From NCBI GenBank assembly GCA_013239625.1, contig MU053557.1:1743063-1807062 (forward strand): a stretch of 64,000 bases of DNA, read 5' to 3'. Position numbers and translations under genes: made by a program. This document shows, in pieces, positions 1 to 12,850 of the stretch. The number at the start of each line of letters is the position of its first letter. Position 1 is the first letter of the stretch. The notes under the pieces were generated by a model, which worked only from the letters and a program-made list of their open reading frames with translations, had not been told where the DNA came from and ran no database searches. This stretch comes from Lama guanicoe (lineage: Eukaryota).

Positions 1-39
1 ACCAGACTCTAATTCAGTATTCCACACTGCTGCAGCACT

Positions 40-330
40 TCGTTTATTCAGCCAGTACTTAACAAGCACTTCATGTTCCTGACGTTTCTAGGCTCTGGAG
101 ATACAAGGATGAACTAAGCAGACAAAATATATTCTCTCAAATTGCTACATTCTAGTAAGAGAGATACACAGTAAACAAGAAAAAAAAAATACATGTATCA
201 TTACACCCTGTGATAAGAGTCATGAAGGGAACAGCAGGGTGTGATGACAGAAAATAATGAGGGGTTTTCTCCATGATAGCGGTAGGAAAGAGTACAATGA
301 AGGTGTCCATTAAACTAAAAGCTGAAAGAG
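40..330 (-). mobile_element. L2 LINE 3' remnant
   Basis: tttattcagccagtacttaacaagcac...ctaggctctggagatacaaggatgaactaagcagacaaaa resembles the reverse complement of the L2 3' end. Confidence 0.6.
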
Positions 331-1024
331 TCATTAGCACCCCGGGTCTACAACAGCCAATAAGCTGCAACCATATATCTCAAAGGCAACAAAATTTCCC
401 TTCCTTGTTCTTTTCCTCTTCCGGCTCCATGTCAAAGCTTGATTCAGCCTATAGATTGTTACCCTTTCCAACTAATGATGAAGTGAGATAGTTATGGGAC
501 TGAAAGTGCAGCTGAGGTGGTCATTAACTTACTATCAGAGCATCAACATGGAGATGGTAACTTGCTGCCATAAATCCAAACCTTAGTAGTAAATATTTAT
601 TGGCAGGAAGTCATATTTCCACCCCTGACGGTTCTATTACCACACAGCCATTCAAGGCTGAAAGCCATTTTTAGCAGTTATTTAGCAAACTCTAGGAAGA
701 TAGAAAATACTGTTTATACCCTTAAAATTCCAGAGAATTGAAACATCTGGTTAAATCAGCAGAAAGAAAATTCTTTTGTTCTGTTCATTAAATCTCTGCT
801 CAACTGACCCCAAGGCCTCAGAAGACTCCATTTTTCTGTGTTTCTTTTGATTTTCCTCTCTTTAGGCTTTTGGTATCCATGAAGGTCTCAACTTCATATC
901 TTGGCCAATGGGCCTAATAAATACTGGAGAAATTTCCAGGGTCACTCCCTTCTCATCACTGCACTCTGTCTTTTGCTTACGATATTGCAAATATACAGGA
1001 TATTCCAGTGCATGCCAAATTCTA

Positions 1025-1150
1025 CTATACAGACTATAAAATCCTTGAAGATGTCTTATTAATCTTACGTTCCCCATAGCACTTGGTATGTGCTCAGTAA
1101 ATATAGGAGGCAAAAAAGAATGAGCAAATGAATGGACTGACAAATGAACT
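1025..1150 (+). mobile_element. L2 3' end remnant
   Basis: agactataaaatccttgaag...cccatagcacttggtatgtgctcagtaaata followed by a degenerate (gaat)n tail. Confidence 0.6.
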
Positions 1151-1210
1151 TCAGCAAAGAAACCTTAAAATATCCCTTGGTGGCAAAAGCAAAGCAGACA
1201 TTTTCTAGAT

Positions 1211-1390
1211 AAATGGTTCCTAAACCTGGCTGTACATTAGAATAACTTAGTAGCTTATTCAAAATGTAGATGCCTGGGTTCCACTTCCCCTGTTCCCCAA
1301 TATCCAAGAATCTGACTGAGCAGATTTGGCTTAGGTTTAAGAAATTCGTGTTTTAAAAAGTCCTCCTATGTATTTCTAATGTGCAGTAAA
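1211..1390. mobile_element. MER5-type hAT-Charlie DNA transposon remnant
   Basis: ggttcctaaacctggctgtacattagaataac...tgtagatgcctgggttccac...gttttaaaaagtcctcc...ttctaatgtgcag matches the MER5 pattern. Confidence 0.65.
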
Positions 1391-1954
1391 TTCAAAATCT
1401 ATTTATCTAGCAATCAGTTTCAACATATAGCACCAGCACAACGTGTCTCTGTTGTGAACAAGTCTGGGGGCTCACAAAGAAATGTACGTTGTTGTCTGTG
1501 ACATTTTTAAAGTTCTTACAAACACAGAGTCTAAATAACCAAAAGAACATAGATCTTTATTCAACTTTAGCTTTCAGAATAGTTAGTGAAGTTAACATTT
1601 TCATCTAATAAATCTTGTTTTCACCATGTAGCTTCAATGCAATAGAATTAAACATTTTTAATAGAGTTGCTGCTTCTTCCTCTATGTCACACTAGGTGCT
1701 CTGAAGGCCTTTTGCATGACAAAACAACTAGACCTTGGTAAAAATCCCATTTTTATTGCATTGTTATAATTCTAGAAAATAAGAAATCTCTATTTCCGTA
1801 ACAGGAGGAAAGTGTGCTGATCCCATAGCAGTGAACAGTAAGCACATCCAAAAACCATGGGTTGCTCTGAGAAAATAATTTATATCACAGCTGCGCTGGT
1901 GATACCAAACTTTGACCCAGAAGCAAGGTTAAAAATAAAAAAAACTGAATCTGA

Positions 1955-3739
1955 TAAATGGTGCTGGAAAAACCAGACAGCTACACACAGAAGAACCAAA
2001 GTGAACTACTTTCCTGTACCATGCACAAGAATAAATTCAAAATGGATTAAAGACTTAAATGTAAGACCTGAAACCATAAAACTTCCAGAAGACAACACAG
2101 GCAGTAAATTCTTGGACACTGGTCTTGGCAATACTTTTTGGTTATGTCTCTTCAGATAAGGGAAACCAAAGCAAAAATAAACAGATAGGACTACATCAAA
2201 CTAAAAGCCATTTGCACAGTAAAAGCAAGTATCTATAAAACAAAAAGGCCACCTAATGAGCAGGAGAAGGTATTTGCAAACTACATATCCGATAGGAGGT
2301 TAGCACCCAAAATATCCAAAAAAACCCCAAAAACAGAAAACAAAAGAACAAAACAACAAACCTCACACAATTCAACAGGGGGGAAGAAAAAACCAAAACA
2401 ACCTGATTTAAAATGGGCAGAAGAGACGAAGGGACGTTTCTCCAAAGAAGACATACAGATGGCCAATAAACACATGAAAAAATGCTCAACATCTCTATGA
2501 GGGAAATGCAAATCTAAACCACAATTAAGATATCACTTCACGCCTGTCAGAATAGCTATTATCAAAAAGACAGCAAATAACAAATTTTGGCGAAGATGTG
2601 GAAAAAGAGAACCCTCATGCACTGCTGGTGGGGATGTAAACTGGTGTAGCCACTATGGAAAACAGTATGGAGATTCCTCAAAAAATTAAAAATAGAAATA
2701 CCATGTAATCCCACAATTCCACTCCTGAGTGTTTACCTGAAGAAAATGAAAACAGTAATTAGAATAAATACATGCATCCTCATATTCATTGAAGTTTTAT
2801 TTACAGTAGCCAAGATACAGAAGCAAACTAAGTGTCTACCAATAGATAAATGATAAAAAAGTGGAATATATATATATATATAAAACAGAGTATTACTCAG
2901 CCATAAAAAAGAATGAAACCTTGTCATGTGTGACAACACAGATGAACCTAGAGCATATTATGCCAAGTGAAATAAGTTACACAAAGAAAGACAAATACTG
3001 CATGATTTGACTTATATGCAAAACCTAGAAAACAAATGAACAAACACAGGAAAACACTGACAGACACAAAGAACAAACGAGTGGTTGCCAGATAGGACAG
3101 CCAGGGGAAGAGAGAAACAGGCGAATAAGAGGAAGTACAAAACTCCGGTAGCAAAATAAATGAGTCATGGGTATGAAAAGTATAGTGTGGAGAAGATAGC
3201 CAATAAATACGTAGTAGCTTTGTATGGTGACAGGTAGTACTAGACTGGTGGTGATCATTTTGAAATGTATAGAAACACTGAATCATGATGTTGCATAGCA
3301 GGAACTAACATAGTATTTTAGATCAATTAAACTTCAAAAACAAACTCAGAAAAAGAGATCAGATTTGTGGCCACTAGAGGTATGGGTAGGGGAGAGGGGA
3401 AACTGGGTGAAGGCAGTCAAAATGTGTAAACTTCCAGTCATAAGACAAGTACTAGAGATGAAACATACAATATAATAAATATAATTAATACTGCTGTATA
3501 TTATGTATGAAAGTTATTAAGAGAATAAATTCTAAGAGTTCTCATCACAAGGAAAAAAATTTTTCCATTTCTTTAATTTCATATCTATATGAGATGATGG
3601 ATGCTCACTAGATATATTGTGGTATGTTTCATGATGTATGTAAGTCAAAGCATTATGCTGTACATCTTAAACTTATACAGTGTTGTGTGTCAATTTTATT
3701 TTAATAAAATTGGAAGAAAAAAACAAACAAAACAGAATG
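1955..3739 (+). mobile_element. 5'-truncated L1 (ORF2 C-terminus plus 3'UTR, L1MA9-like)
   Basis: ORF2 peptide INSKWIKDLNVRPETIKL in ORF 1857..2159; AATAAA and A-rich tail near 3703-3735; perfect 15-bp TSD aaaaactgaatctga at 1940-1954 and 3740-3754. Confidence 0.95.
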
Positions 3740-4614
3740 AAAAACTGAATCTGAGACTCACATGTAAAGTCAAGGATACTAGACTGGGAATAAAGTGATC
3801 CCTGTTCAATAGCCCTCTCTGGCTTTTAGCAGAATCAAGAATAATTTCTCATTGGAGAAAAAACTCTTAATTTAGACTACCAAGTTTACCACAGGCTAAT
3901 GATCATCAAAATTGAATTGACAATCAAGGATCAACAAACACACAAGGGAATAAACCACCAGAAGAAACAAACCAACAGGCCACCAAGGACTTCAGAAATG
4001 GAATCATACTATAAATAACTATGTGTGAAATGTTTAAAGAAACAAAAATGGAACGTTTAAAAAAAATTTGGTGCTTGTGTTTTAAAGAATGAAAAATACA
4101 ACTTTGAAATAAAAATTTAGAAGGTTGTCACTGCAAATTAGAAACACTGATGGAAGCACTGAAATACTAGAAGACAGAACTAAACAAATACATTTCACAG
4201 ATTACAACACAGAGAGAAAAAGAGATGGAATCTATGGAGGAGAGGTTACAAGATATTCAAGGTAGACTGAGGAGGTCTGAAATGTCTAATTAGAATCCTC
4301 CCCCCCAAAATGAAAGAATAAACAGAAGAAAAGTTTGAAGAGGTAACAGTGGAAGCTGCCACATCTATTAATGTGAGGCTAGGTCGTCTGAACTAACACC
4401 TCCACTGGAGATAGCATTTTTTAATTAATAAAATATTGGTTATGAAAAGCTTTTACCCAGTATTAATGAGATAACAAGAGAGTAATACATTACTGAACAA
4501 ATCTAATAGAAAGCATGAATCCGACAAGTAAATCCAGGAATCAGATGCACTTTTACACTGGGAGAGTTTGCTGATCCAGACAAGGTGTTTGAGAGACTGA
4601 GGGGCACCTGAGCT

Positions 4615-5050
4615 CAGTGACTCTACATTCTCTGAGGCAGCTGAGTGCAAGTACCCTATTGAGAGGTGATCCTAGAAAACACACATGGGAGAGTGAGGAA
4701 GCTAGGAAAGAAATGTCAACAAAGCTTATTAAATAAGCTCCCACATTAGGCAACAGAAGTTTAACCCTACTGGGGAACTCTGTAAGCAGTGTCGACCATG
4801 CAACTAAAAATTATTTCACCCCAGGGAAAAGAGAGTTGGATATTTATACACTAACGCCCATCAGTCATTGGTAAAGTGTGACCCCTAGGGAGTTACTTGT
4901 CTGGCATTGCTGCCCTATATATGGCTACTAGAGAAACTCCCCAGGCAAAGAGATGCAGATGCTGGCAGCTGGAAGTCAGGCTGGTAAGTAAAACACAACG
5001 GTAAGTAAGACCCAACAAGATAAGGGTAAGATACCATAAGCATCTGCTTT
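4615..5050 (-). mobile_element. ERVL solo LTR (LTR33/LTR16-like)
   Basis: tgagtgcaagtaccctattgagaggtgatcctagaaaacac...tatttatacac...catcagtcattgg...agcatctgct resembles the reverse-complement LTR33 pattern. Confidence 0.55.
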
Positions 5051-5837
5051 AGGTGATTTCACAGAGCTGGAGAGGAAAAGTCAAAGCTCAGCACACACCA
5101 CAGATGGTGATCTTAGTAAAAGGTCCTTTACTTTGTTCCAGGACCTGAAAGGAATGAATCCTACTAACAGTGAGGAAGATGAAAAAAAAAAAATCTGCAA
5201 TGGACAAGAGGTAATGTCATCCTAGAATGTAAATTATTTCTACACATACATTTTCAAATATAATTTCCAGGAAACAATAAAGGAAAACAAGCTGTAAATA
5301 GAAGACAGCATAAGAGAGAACTAGCAAAAATAACAGACAACACAAACAGACCCACAGGATTTCAGGTAATGGAATTAGCAGACCCAGACCAAGTATGTTT
5401 ATTACAATCAAGGAAATAAAAGCCAAGCGTTACCTATTTTGATAGAAAATCAGAAACTGTAAAAAAACTGCCATAATAAAAACCTGAAAAAGAAATAAAT
5501 GGAAATTCTGTAACTGAAAAAAATAAAGCTGAAATTAAGAACTCAGTGGACAGGTTTAAGAGCTGATTAGACAGAGGTGAAACCACAACTAGTGAAGTGA
5601 AAGATACATAGAAGAAAAACAATTAGAATCCAGCACAGAGCACCAAAACTGTAAGAATGTAAAGAGAGCAAGAGATATGAAGAAAACAGTGATAACACAT
5701 AGGGTTGGACCAAAAGGAAGGGAGAGAACAAATTGACAAACACAGTATTGGAAGAAATAATGCCTGTGGATTTTCCAGAATTGATGAAATACATCAAGCC
5801 ACACATTTAAGAAGATGAACAAAAACTCAATAGAATA

Positions 5838-6046
5838 TACACAGTACTATATATAAAACGGATCAACAACAAGGACCTACTGTATGGCACAGGGAACTAC
5901 ATTCAACATCTTGTAATAAACTGTAATAGGGCAGAATCTGAAAAAGAAAAGGTATGTATAACTGAATTACTCTGCTGTACACTAGAAACTAACACAACAT
6001 CGTAAAATCAACTTTACTTCAGTACAAAGCTATCTGTTTTGAAAAC
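5838..6046 (+). mobile_element. Short L1 3'UTR insertion (cetartiodactyl type) nested in old L1
   Basis: gcacagggaactacattcaacatcttgtaataa...gaaactaacacaacatcgtaaa; TSD aact(c/a)aatagaata at 5824-5837 and 6047-6060. Confidence 0.85.
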
Positions 6047-7564
6047 AACTAAATAGAATAAATAACAAGGATACATTCATATCAGAGTAAGACCCCAAAA
6101 AAACAGGAAAAAAATCTTATAATGAAACAAAGGGAAAAAATGACGAATATTTTCAAAGAAGTAACATTTAAACTGGGAACTAATTTCTCGATAACAATGT
6201 TTAAGTGATTTCCTCAATGTGGGAAGGTAAAATGACTGCCAACCTAGAATGCTTCACCAGCTGAGTATATACTTAAACACGGAAGCAAACTAAGACGTGT
6301 CAGACAAATGAAAACTGAAAATTCACTACTAGAAGACCTACAAAATAAGAAAACTCTCAAGGGTGATCTCAGACCGAAGAATGATCATCAGAAATAAAAT
6401 AAAATCAGAGATGCAGAAAAAAGTGAAGAGAGGAAAAGAAGATAAATATATGTATATACCTAAATAAGTATTGACTGTATGATATTAAGACAACTGAATA
6501 CCCTTATGGGAAAAAAGTTTTAATTTGATCTTCACTTCATACAATATACAAAAATCAATTCCAGGTGGATTGTAGACCTAAATATAAAAGGCAAAATATT
6601 AATTTTTTCAAAATAAAATAAAATAATGTATGTAAATATATTCAAGACTTTGTTTAAGGAAATATTTCTTTAATCCTAAAAGAAACAAATGGATACTTTG
6701 AAAACATTCAAATTTAAAACTTTATCCAAAAACACAAAAGGCAAACCCCACAACAGGATAAGACATTTGCAATATACATAACTGACAAAGGAATCAGAAT
6801 TAGAATATATAAAGAAATCCCACAAATAAGTAAAAAACAGATAATATAATATTTTTAATAGGTAAAATACCAATATGGTAACGTGCAAAAGAAGAAATGA
6901 AAACAGTCACTAAGCATATGGAAACTCATTATTAATCTGGGAAATTTGTAAATATATGAAAATCGATTAGTAATAGATAAATTCAGATTGAAACCACAAT
7001 GAGGTTACAATATAGACCCACCAGACTGGCTAAAATTAAACAGTCTGACAATACCAATACTGGTGGAATTAGAAGCAATGGAAATTATCAGAAACTACTG
7101 TAAATCAGTTCCACCCCTTTGAAAAATAATTTGGCATTCTCTATTAAAATTAAAAATACATATACTTTGTGGCCAAGTTATTCTTCCCCTACTTGTGTAT
7201 GTAGGTACACGAAGAGACAATCATGTCATTCACAGTAGCATTATTTATAACAGCCCCAAATTACCACAGTCCAAGACAGAGGTAACAAGCTGAATACTAA
7301 ACAGAATAAATACAAAGAAACCCACATCTAGCAGCATCATAATGAATACCAAAACGTAACACTGAAAGTAAAGAGCATATTTTAAAAGCAACCATAGGAG
7401 AGTAAGTAATTTACAAAAGAATGACCATTAGACTGGTATCTGACTTTTCAAAGGCAACAATGAAAGCTTAAAAACACGGAGTCACATCTTCAAAGTAGTT
7501 TGAAAAAATATCTGTCAAGCTAGAGTTGTGTCCCAGAAAAACTAACTTCCAAGAATGAAAGTAA

Positions 7565-8707
7565 TATATCTTACAAGGAACTTGTAACCAGAATACTTAA
7601 TTCCTACAACCCAATAACAAGAAACTTAACCCAACTGAAAAAACAAGCAAAGATTCTGAATAGGTATTTCTCCAAAGAGTAGATACAAATGGCCAGTAAG
7701 CACATGAGAAGTTTTTCAACATCATTAAGTCACTAGGGAAATGCAAATAAAACCCATCGTACCAACTAGGATGGCTATAACCAAAAACGTTTAAATTTTT
7801 GAACAAGTGTCACCAAAGATATGGAGAAGTTTGAGTCCTCATACATTGCTGGTAGGAATAAAAAAAATGTTGAAGTCACTTTGAAAGCAGTTTGGGTTTT
7901 TCTGTTGTTTTCTTGGCTTGTTTTTGTTTTTTGCTCATTATGATTTATTCTCCACAATACTTTGTTAAAGAGTTCAATGATTTGCATTCAGAAGTTATAT
8001 AGCCAAGAGGCAACCAAGTGTAATACAAAGAACTGGTCTCAAGTCTTTGCCCTCAAGGCCATACAAAGTCTCTTGGTTCACGGAAATAAAGAAAAAGAAT
8101 ATAGAGCTCCCTAGGCGCCTCAAAATGTTAAATACATCATTACCATATGCATGACTGAGCAATTCTACTCCAGGAGACTCGAAAACCTAGATCCATGTTA
8201 AAATTCATACACAAATATTCATAACAGCACTATCCACAATAGTGAACATGTAGAAACAACCCAAATGACCAACAACGAATAAATGGATAAATAAAATGTG
8301 GCTTATCATATTGTAAAATATCTTCCTGCAAAAAAAAAAAGAAATGAACCACTGGCACGTTACAATATGGATGAACCTTGAAAACATTATGCCAACTGAA
8401 ATAAGCCAGTCACAAAAGATCACATATTTAATTATTCTATTTACGTTAAATGTCCAGAAGTCCATAGAGACAGAAAGTAAATTAGTAGTTATCTAAGATG
8501 AGAAAACTGGGGGGAAACTGGGGAATCACTGCTAATGGGAACAGAATTTTTTGGAAGGGAATAATAAAAATAATCTAAAATCAAACATGGTGATGGTTGC
8601 ACAACTCTGTGAACATACTGAAAATCATTTACTTGTATACCTTAAGTGGATAAATTATATGAAAAGTGAGTAAAGTGAATTATAGCTCCATAAATCTGTT
8701 TAAGAAA
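7565..8707 (+). mobile_element. L1MB-like 3' fragment nested in older L1 ORF1
   Basis: ORF2 end and 3'UTR motifs (gaaataagccagtcacaaaagatcacatatt; ggtgatggttgcacaactctgtgaa); perfect 14-bp TSD aagaatgaaagtaa at 7551-7564 and 8708-8721. Confidence 0.85.
7896..8117 (-). other. Non-L1 polyadenylated retro-insert (retrocopy 3' end or orphan transduction)
   Basis: Interrupts the L1 motif cagtttgg|cctcaaaatgttaaa; minus-strand AATAAA (7949-7944), 11 nt, then a degenerate A-tail (T-rich 7897-7932). Confidence 0.5.
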
Positions 8708-8721
8708 AAGAATGAAAGTAA

Positions 8722-11700
8722 AATAAAAGCAGTTTCAGATAAAAACTAAGAGACTTTAGCAATAACTACTGACACTACAGGAAAATCTAAATTATATTCT
8801 CCAGGAGAAGATCTGCAATACAATGATTAGTAAGCAAAGAAATTGTTGGAAAGTTGGTAAACCAAAACAAATAATATTCACATGAAATAATAATAGTATC
8901 AACCAACATTTAACATGTATGCTTAAATAAAAGAACATAATGGGCAAAAATATCATAAGTTAGGGAAAGGGTGACTAGAATTAAAAGTGCTCTGAGTTCC
9001 TTGTGTTGTTCAAAAGGGTATTTAAGGTATCTGGATTTTCTTTAGTTAAATGTGCATGGCAGCGTTTCAAAGGCAGCTACTAAAGATTGTAAAATAATTT
9101 GGTCTAACTTCCAAATGTGCATAGAGAGAAAAATGCAATAAGATATTAAAAATAAATTAACTAACGGCAGGGGTGAAAGCAGCATATAAAAAGCATGGCA
9201 GATAGAAAGCAATAAGCTTTTACAAATATTTCAAGAACTATAATAAATATAAATGCACTAAATGTACTCAAAAGACATAAATATTCACATTGTATTAAGA
9301 AAATATCAACTAGTTTTGTAAGAGATTCTCCTCTACACAAGAACAGAAGACTGGAAATAAAAGAATGTCAAGATACACACTGAGAAAATACCAACCAAAA
9401 GACAACAAAGAACAGTAAGGTTTGAGACAGTCACTACATAATGATAAAAGTTTCAATTATCCAGAAATATGTCACAATTCCAAATTTACATGTACCCAAC
9501 AAAATGGCATAAAAACACAACAGCAAAAATAGATGGAGCTGCACAGAGAAAGTGGTAAATTTGTATTCTGAGGGGAAATTTCAATACATCTCTCTCACCT
9601 ACTAATTATTCAAGTAAACAAAAATAATATATATACATATAGAGATATATTTGAAAACTACAATTATCAAGTTTATATTTTTGGACGTACATAGAACCTT
9701 ATACTCAACAACCAGAGGATATACATTTTTCTTGAGTATGCATAGGATATAAAATGTAGTTAATGCAAACAAAAAGGCAAATCAGCAAATTTCAAAGGAT
9801 GGATATCACATATAATGTAGCGAAAATGCAATTAAGTTAGAAATCAGTAATAAAAAATATAAGCTAAAGAATCCCATACATTTGGAAATTTTTAAACACG
9901 TTTAATTCATAGGTCCAAAGAAGAAATAACAGTAATTAAAATACACTTAGAGCTAAACAATAACAAAAGAGGAGCAGATCAAAACCAGTAATATGAAGTG
10001 AAATCGGCATATGAAGAGAAATTTGCAGCCCTACATTAGAAAAGAATAGAAAATGAACATGTTATCTGTCCAATTTAAGAAGGCATGAAAAGTAACACCA
10101 AAATTGACCCAAAGAAAACAGAGGATTATAAAATAAGGGCAGAAATCAATGGAAAGAAAAGAAAGATAAATGTTAAGAATAACAAAGAAGGCTGACTATA
10201 AAACAAAGATATAAAAATGAACAGGTAATTACTATGGACAACTTATAACCATTAATTGAAAACTTAAATAAAATAGACTAATTACTAGAAAAAAATATAA
10301 CTTACCAGAGCTGATGCAAAAAGAAATTGAAAGTCTAAATTGTCCTAAACCATCTTTTAAAAGTAATTAGTCATCCTAAGTGAAGTAAGCCAGAAAGAGA
10401 AAGAAAGATACCATATGAGATCGCTTATATGTGGAATCTAAAAAACAAAAACAAAAACAAACAAACAAACAAAAACAAAGCATAAATACAGGACAGAAAT
10501 AGACTCACGGACAGAGAATACAGACTTGTGGTTACCAGGGGGGTGGAGGGTGCGAAGGGATAGACTGGGATTTCAAAATTGTAGAATAGATAAACAAGAT
10601 TACACTGTATAGCAAGGGAAATATACACAAAATGTTATGATAAATCACAGATAAATCACAGAAAATGTGACAATGAGTGTGTATATGTCCATGAATGACT
10701 GAAAAATTGTGCTGAATACTGGAATTTGACACAACATTGTAAAATGATTATAAATCAATAAAAAATGTTAAAAAAAACTGGCATACAAACTACTAGATCC
10801 CTATATATCAGCAATACAAGGTTATAAATCATCATTTTTAAAAACTAAATAATATAAAATTATCATTTTCCCACAAAGATATTTATATATTCAATAGAAT
10901 TTTAATGGAAAATAAAGTTCTTTGAGAACATACAAGACTTCCCTGAAGAAAGAACAGGGTAGTTGGTGATGAGCAGAAGAGAAGAATCACTTCTGCAACT
11001 AGGTATCAAGACCTCTTTGAAACTAAAGCCACAGTAATTAAAACAACGTAGTACTGGCACAGATTGATAAATTAACCAACGAAACAGTACACAGAGCAAA
11101 AACACCGACCCATGCAGCTCTAGAAACCTGATATATTACATAGATGACATTAGGGATCATTAGAGAAAGGAAGGTACTCAATAAATAGTAGTGGGATAAA
11201 ATGGTTCTCCCCAGGGGGAGGAATATGAAATCATATTCCTTCCTCATTTCATACAGAACAATAAATTCCAAATGAAATTAAAGGCTTTATGCAAAAGGCA
11301 AAAATTTCAAGCTTCTAGAAGAAAATGCAGAATATATGTGTAAACTCTAGGTGAAAAATTATTTCAAAATCAATACACTAAATGCACTAATTATAAATTT
11401 ATAAATTTGGCTACATTAAACTTAACAAATTCTGTCTATCAAAAGATACCAGAAGGAACATGAACAATGAAACCACAAACTGGGAATTAGTATTTGCAAC
11501 ATGGTTAACCAACAACAAGAAAAGTTAGTAGTGATGTATCTAAAGGGCTCCTATAAATCAATGATTAAAAATAAGCATTGCAATGGTAAAACTGGCAAAA
11601 CATATTAACAGGAATTTCATAGAAGAAGAAAGCCCATGTCCTAAAAACATACGCTGAAAGTTAATAGTATATAGAAAATGCATGAAAAAATAGCATTTTA

Positions 11701-12110
11701 TACTCACTAGATGAGCAAAGGTTGATAATACGATATTAACAATATCAAGTGTTGACAAGTGCTTAAATATCTCTTAAAAACTGCTGACAACAGTATAAAC
11801 TGATACAACTATTTTTGGAAAATAATTTGATACTATCTCTTATAGAGGAACTTTTTAATATATTCTATGACCCAACAATTATAATGCCAATCATATACAT
11901 CCAGAAACTCTTGCCTGCCTGCATCAGAAGGCATATACAAAGACATTCACGGCAGCAATATTTCTAACAGCAAGAATCTACAAACAACTCAGATGACCAC
12001 TGCCAGGAAAATGAATAAATTATCTGCTATACGCATATAAAGTAATGAATTTAAGAACTAGTCACAGTAGATCACAGACAGTATATGATACCATCTTTAT
12101 AAAACTTTTA
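8722..12110 (+). mobile_element. Old L1 (L1ME/MD-like) ORF1-end to ORF2 remnants
   Basis: Decayed ORF2 motifs (aatgataaaagtttcaattatccagaa, aatgcaattaagttagaaatcagtaa, ctaaagccacagtaattaaaacaacgtagtactggcac, ttctatgacccaacaatt); resumes the ORF1 interrupted at 7564. Confidence 0.75.
10370..10778 (+). mobile_element. Young L1 3' end (camelid-type 3'UTR)
   Basis: gtcatcctaagtgaagtaagccagaaagagaaagaaagataccatatg...tcaataaaaaatgttaaaaaaaa; closely similar to 25965-26310. Confidence 0.9.
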
Positions 12111-12459
12111 GTTCTCTTCAAGGCTGGAAAAAGCAGTCATGTTTTTAAAAATCCCAACAAAACCCCAGCATCCTGTGTTTCTCTAATCAGAATTATTGGA
12201 ATTGACTGTGCACAGAAAAACCTAATGCACATAACTGCAATTCTCTTGGTTGGTTAAGCTAATCTTCAGAGTGAACCAATTAGTGCACAAAGGAAAAACT
12301 CTGAGTAACACTGTAGGTCTCTGGCGCTGTCAGGAAATGGAAACCTTTGGTTACTCAAAATGAATCATTTAAATAAAGTTACCATTAAAACCACGTGTGG
12401 ATTATAAAGTTTGAAGGACTATGAAGTCATAATTCTTGACTTCTTTTCATCTTCCCAAC

Positions 12460-12850
12460 TTTGCCTTCAAAATACATGCAGAACCACTCACCTCTCACGA
12501 CTGCCACCACCACCTCTCAGCCGAACCACGGGAAAAACTAGTAACTGAGCTTCCTCTATCAACCCTTGACCACCTCTCCCCAATACCAAAGCTCTTCTCA
12601 AAGTAGCAACGGCAATGGTCATCTGAAAATGCAATTTATACCACATTATGCTTCTAACCAACCTCCACTCAGTCTCCACCAGTGGCTTCTCACCTCATGT
12701 AGAATGAAACCCAAGACTTGTGTGATCATGGCCCCAGGCTAATTATCCAGCTTCATCCTCTAATACCACTCTGGCCACACTGGCTTTTTTTTTTTTTTTT
12801 TTGCAGCCCTTATATGAGCCTGCTTCCACCTCAGAGCCTTAGTATTTATT
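12460..12850 (+). mobile_element. L2 remnant
   Basis: Pyrimidine-rich L2 motifs (ccttcaaaatacatgcagaaccactc, accagtggcttctcacctcatgtagaatgaaaccc, ccacctcagagcctt). Confidence 0.6.

Larger units (their letters stand above)
3780..7564 (+). mobile_element. Mosaic of old, decayed L1 ORF1/ORF2 fragments (L1M/HAL1-like)
   Basis: Very A-rich + strand; ORF1-like motifs (gaaattaagaactcagtggacaggtttaag, ttttccagaattgatgaaatac, gccaacctagaat) and ORF2-like aaatcaattccaggtggattgtagacctaaat. Confidence 0.7.

Noticed and set aside
380..448. Minus-strand terminal-exon-like peptide AESSFDMEPEEEKNKEGKFCCL*
   Set aside because: The acceptor lacks a pyrimidine tract and the peptide is unrecognised.
2990..3739. 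Apparent double 3'UTR in the first L1
   Set aside because: It is enclosed by one TSD and, as far as I recall, resembles a known laurasiatherian L1 3' architecture; not treated as novel without a consensus alignment.
10779..10851. Possible second 3' transduction after the L1 at 10370
   Set aside because: The putative TSD (aaaagtaatta / aaaactaaata) is too degenerate for a young element, and the segment could be old L1 sequence.
2253..11758. Many hydrophobic F/L/I-rich minus-strand ORFs
   Set aside because: Antisense shadows of A-rich L1 sequence, not membrane proteins.
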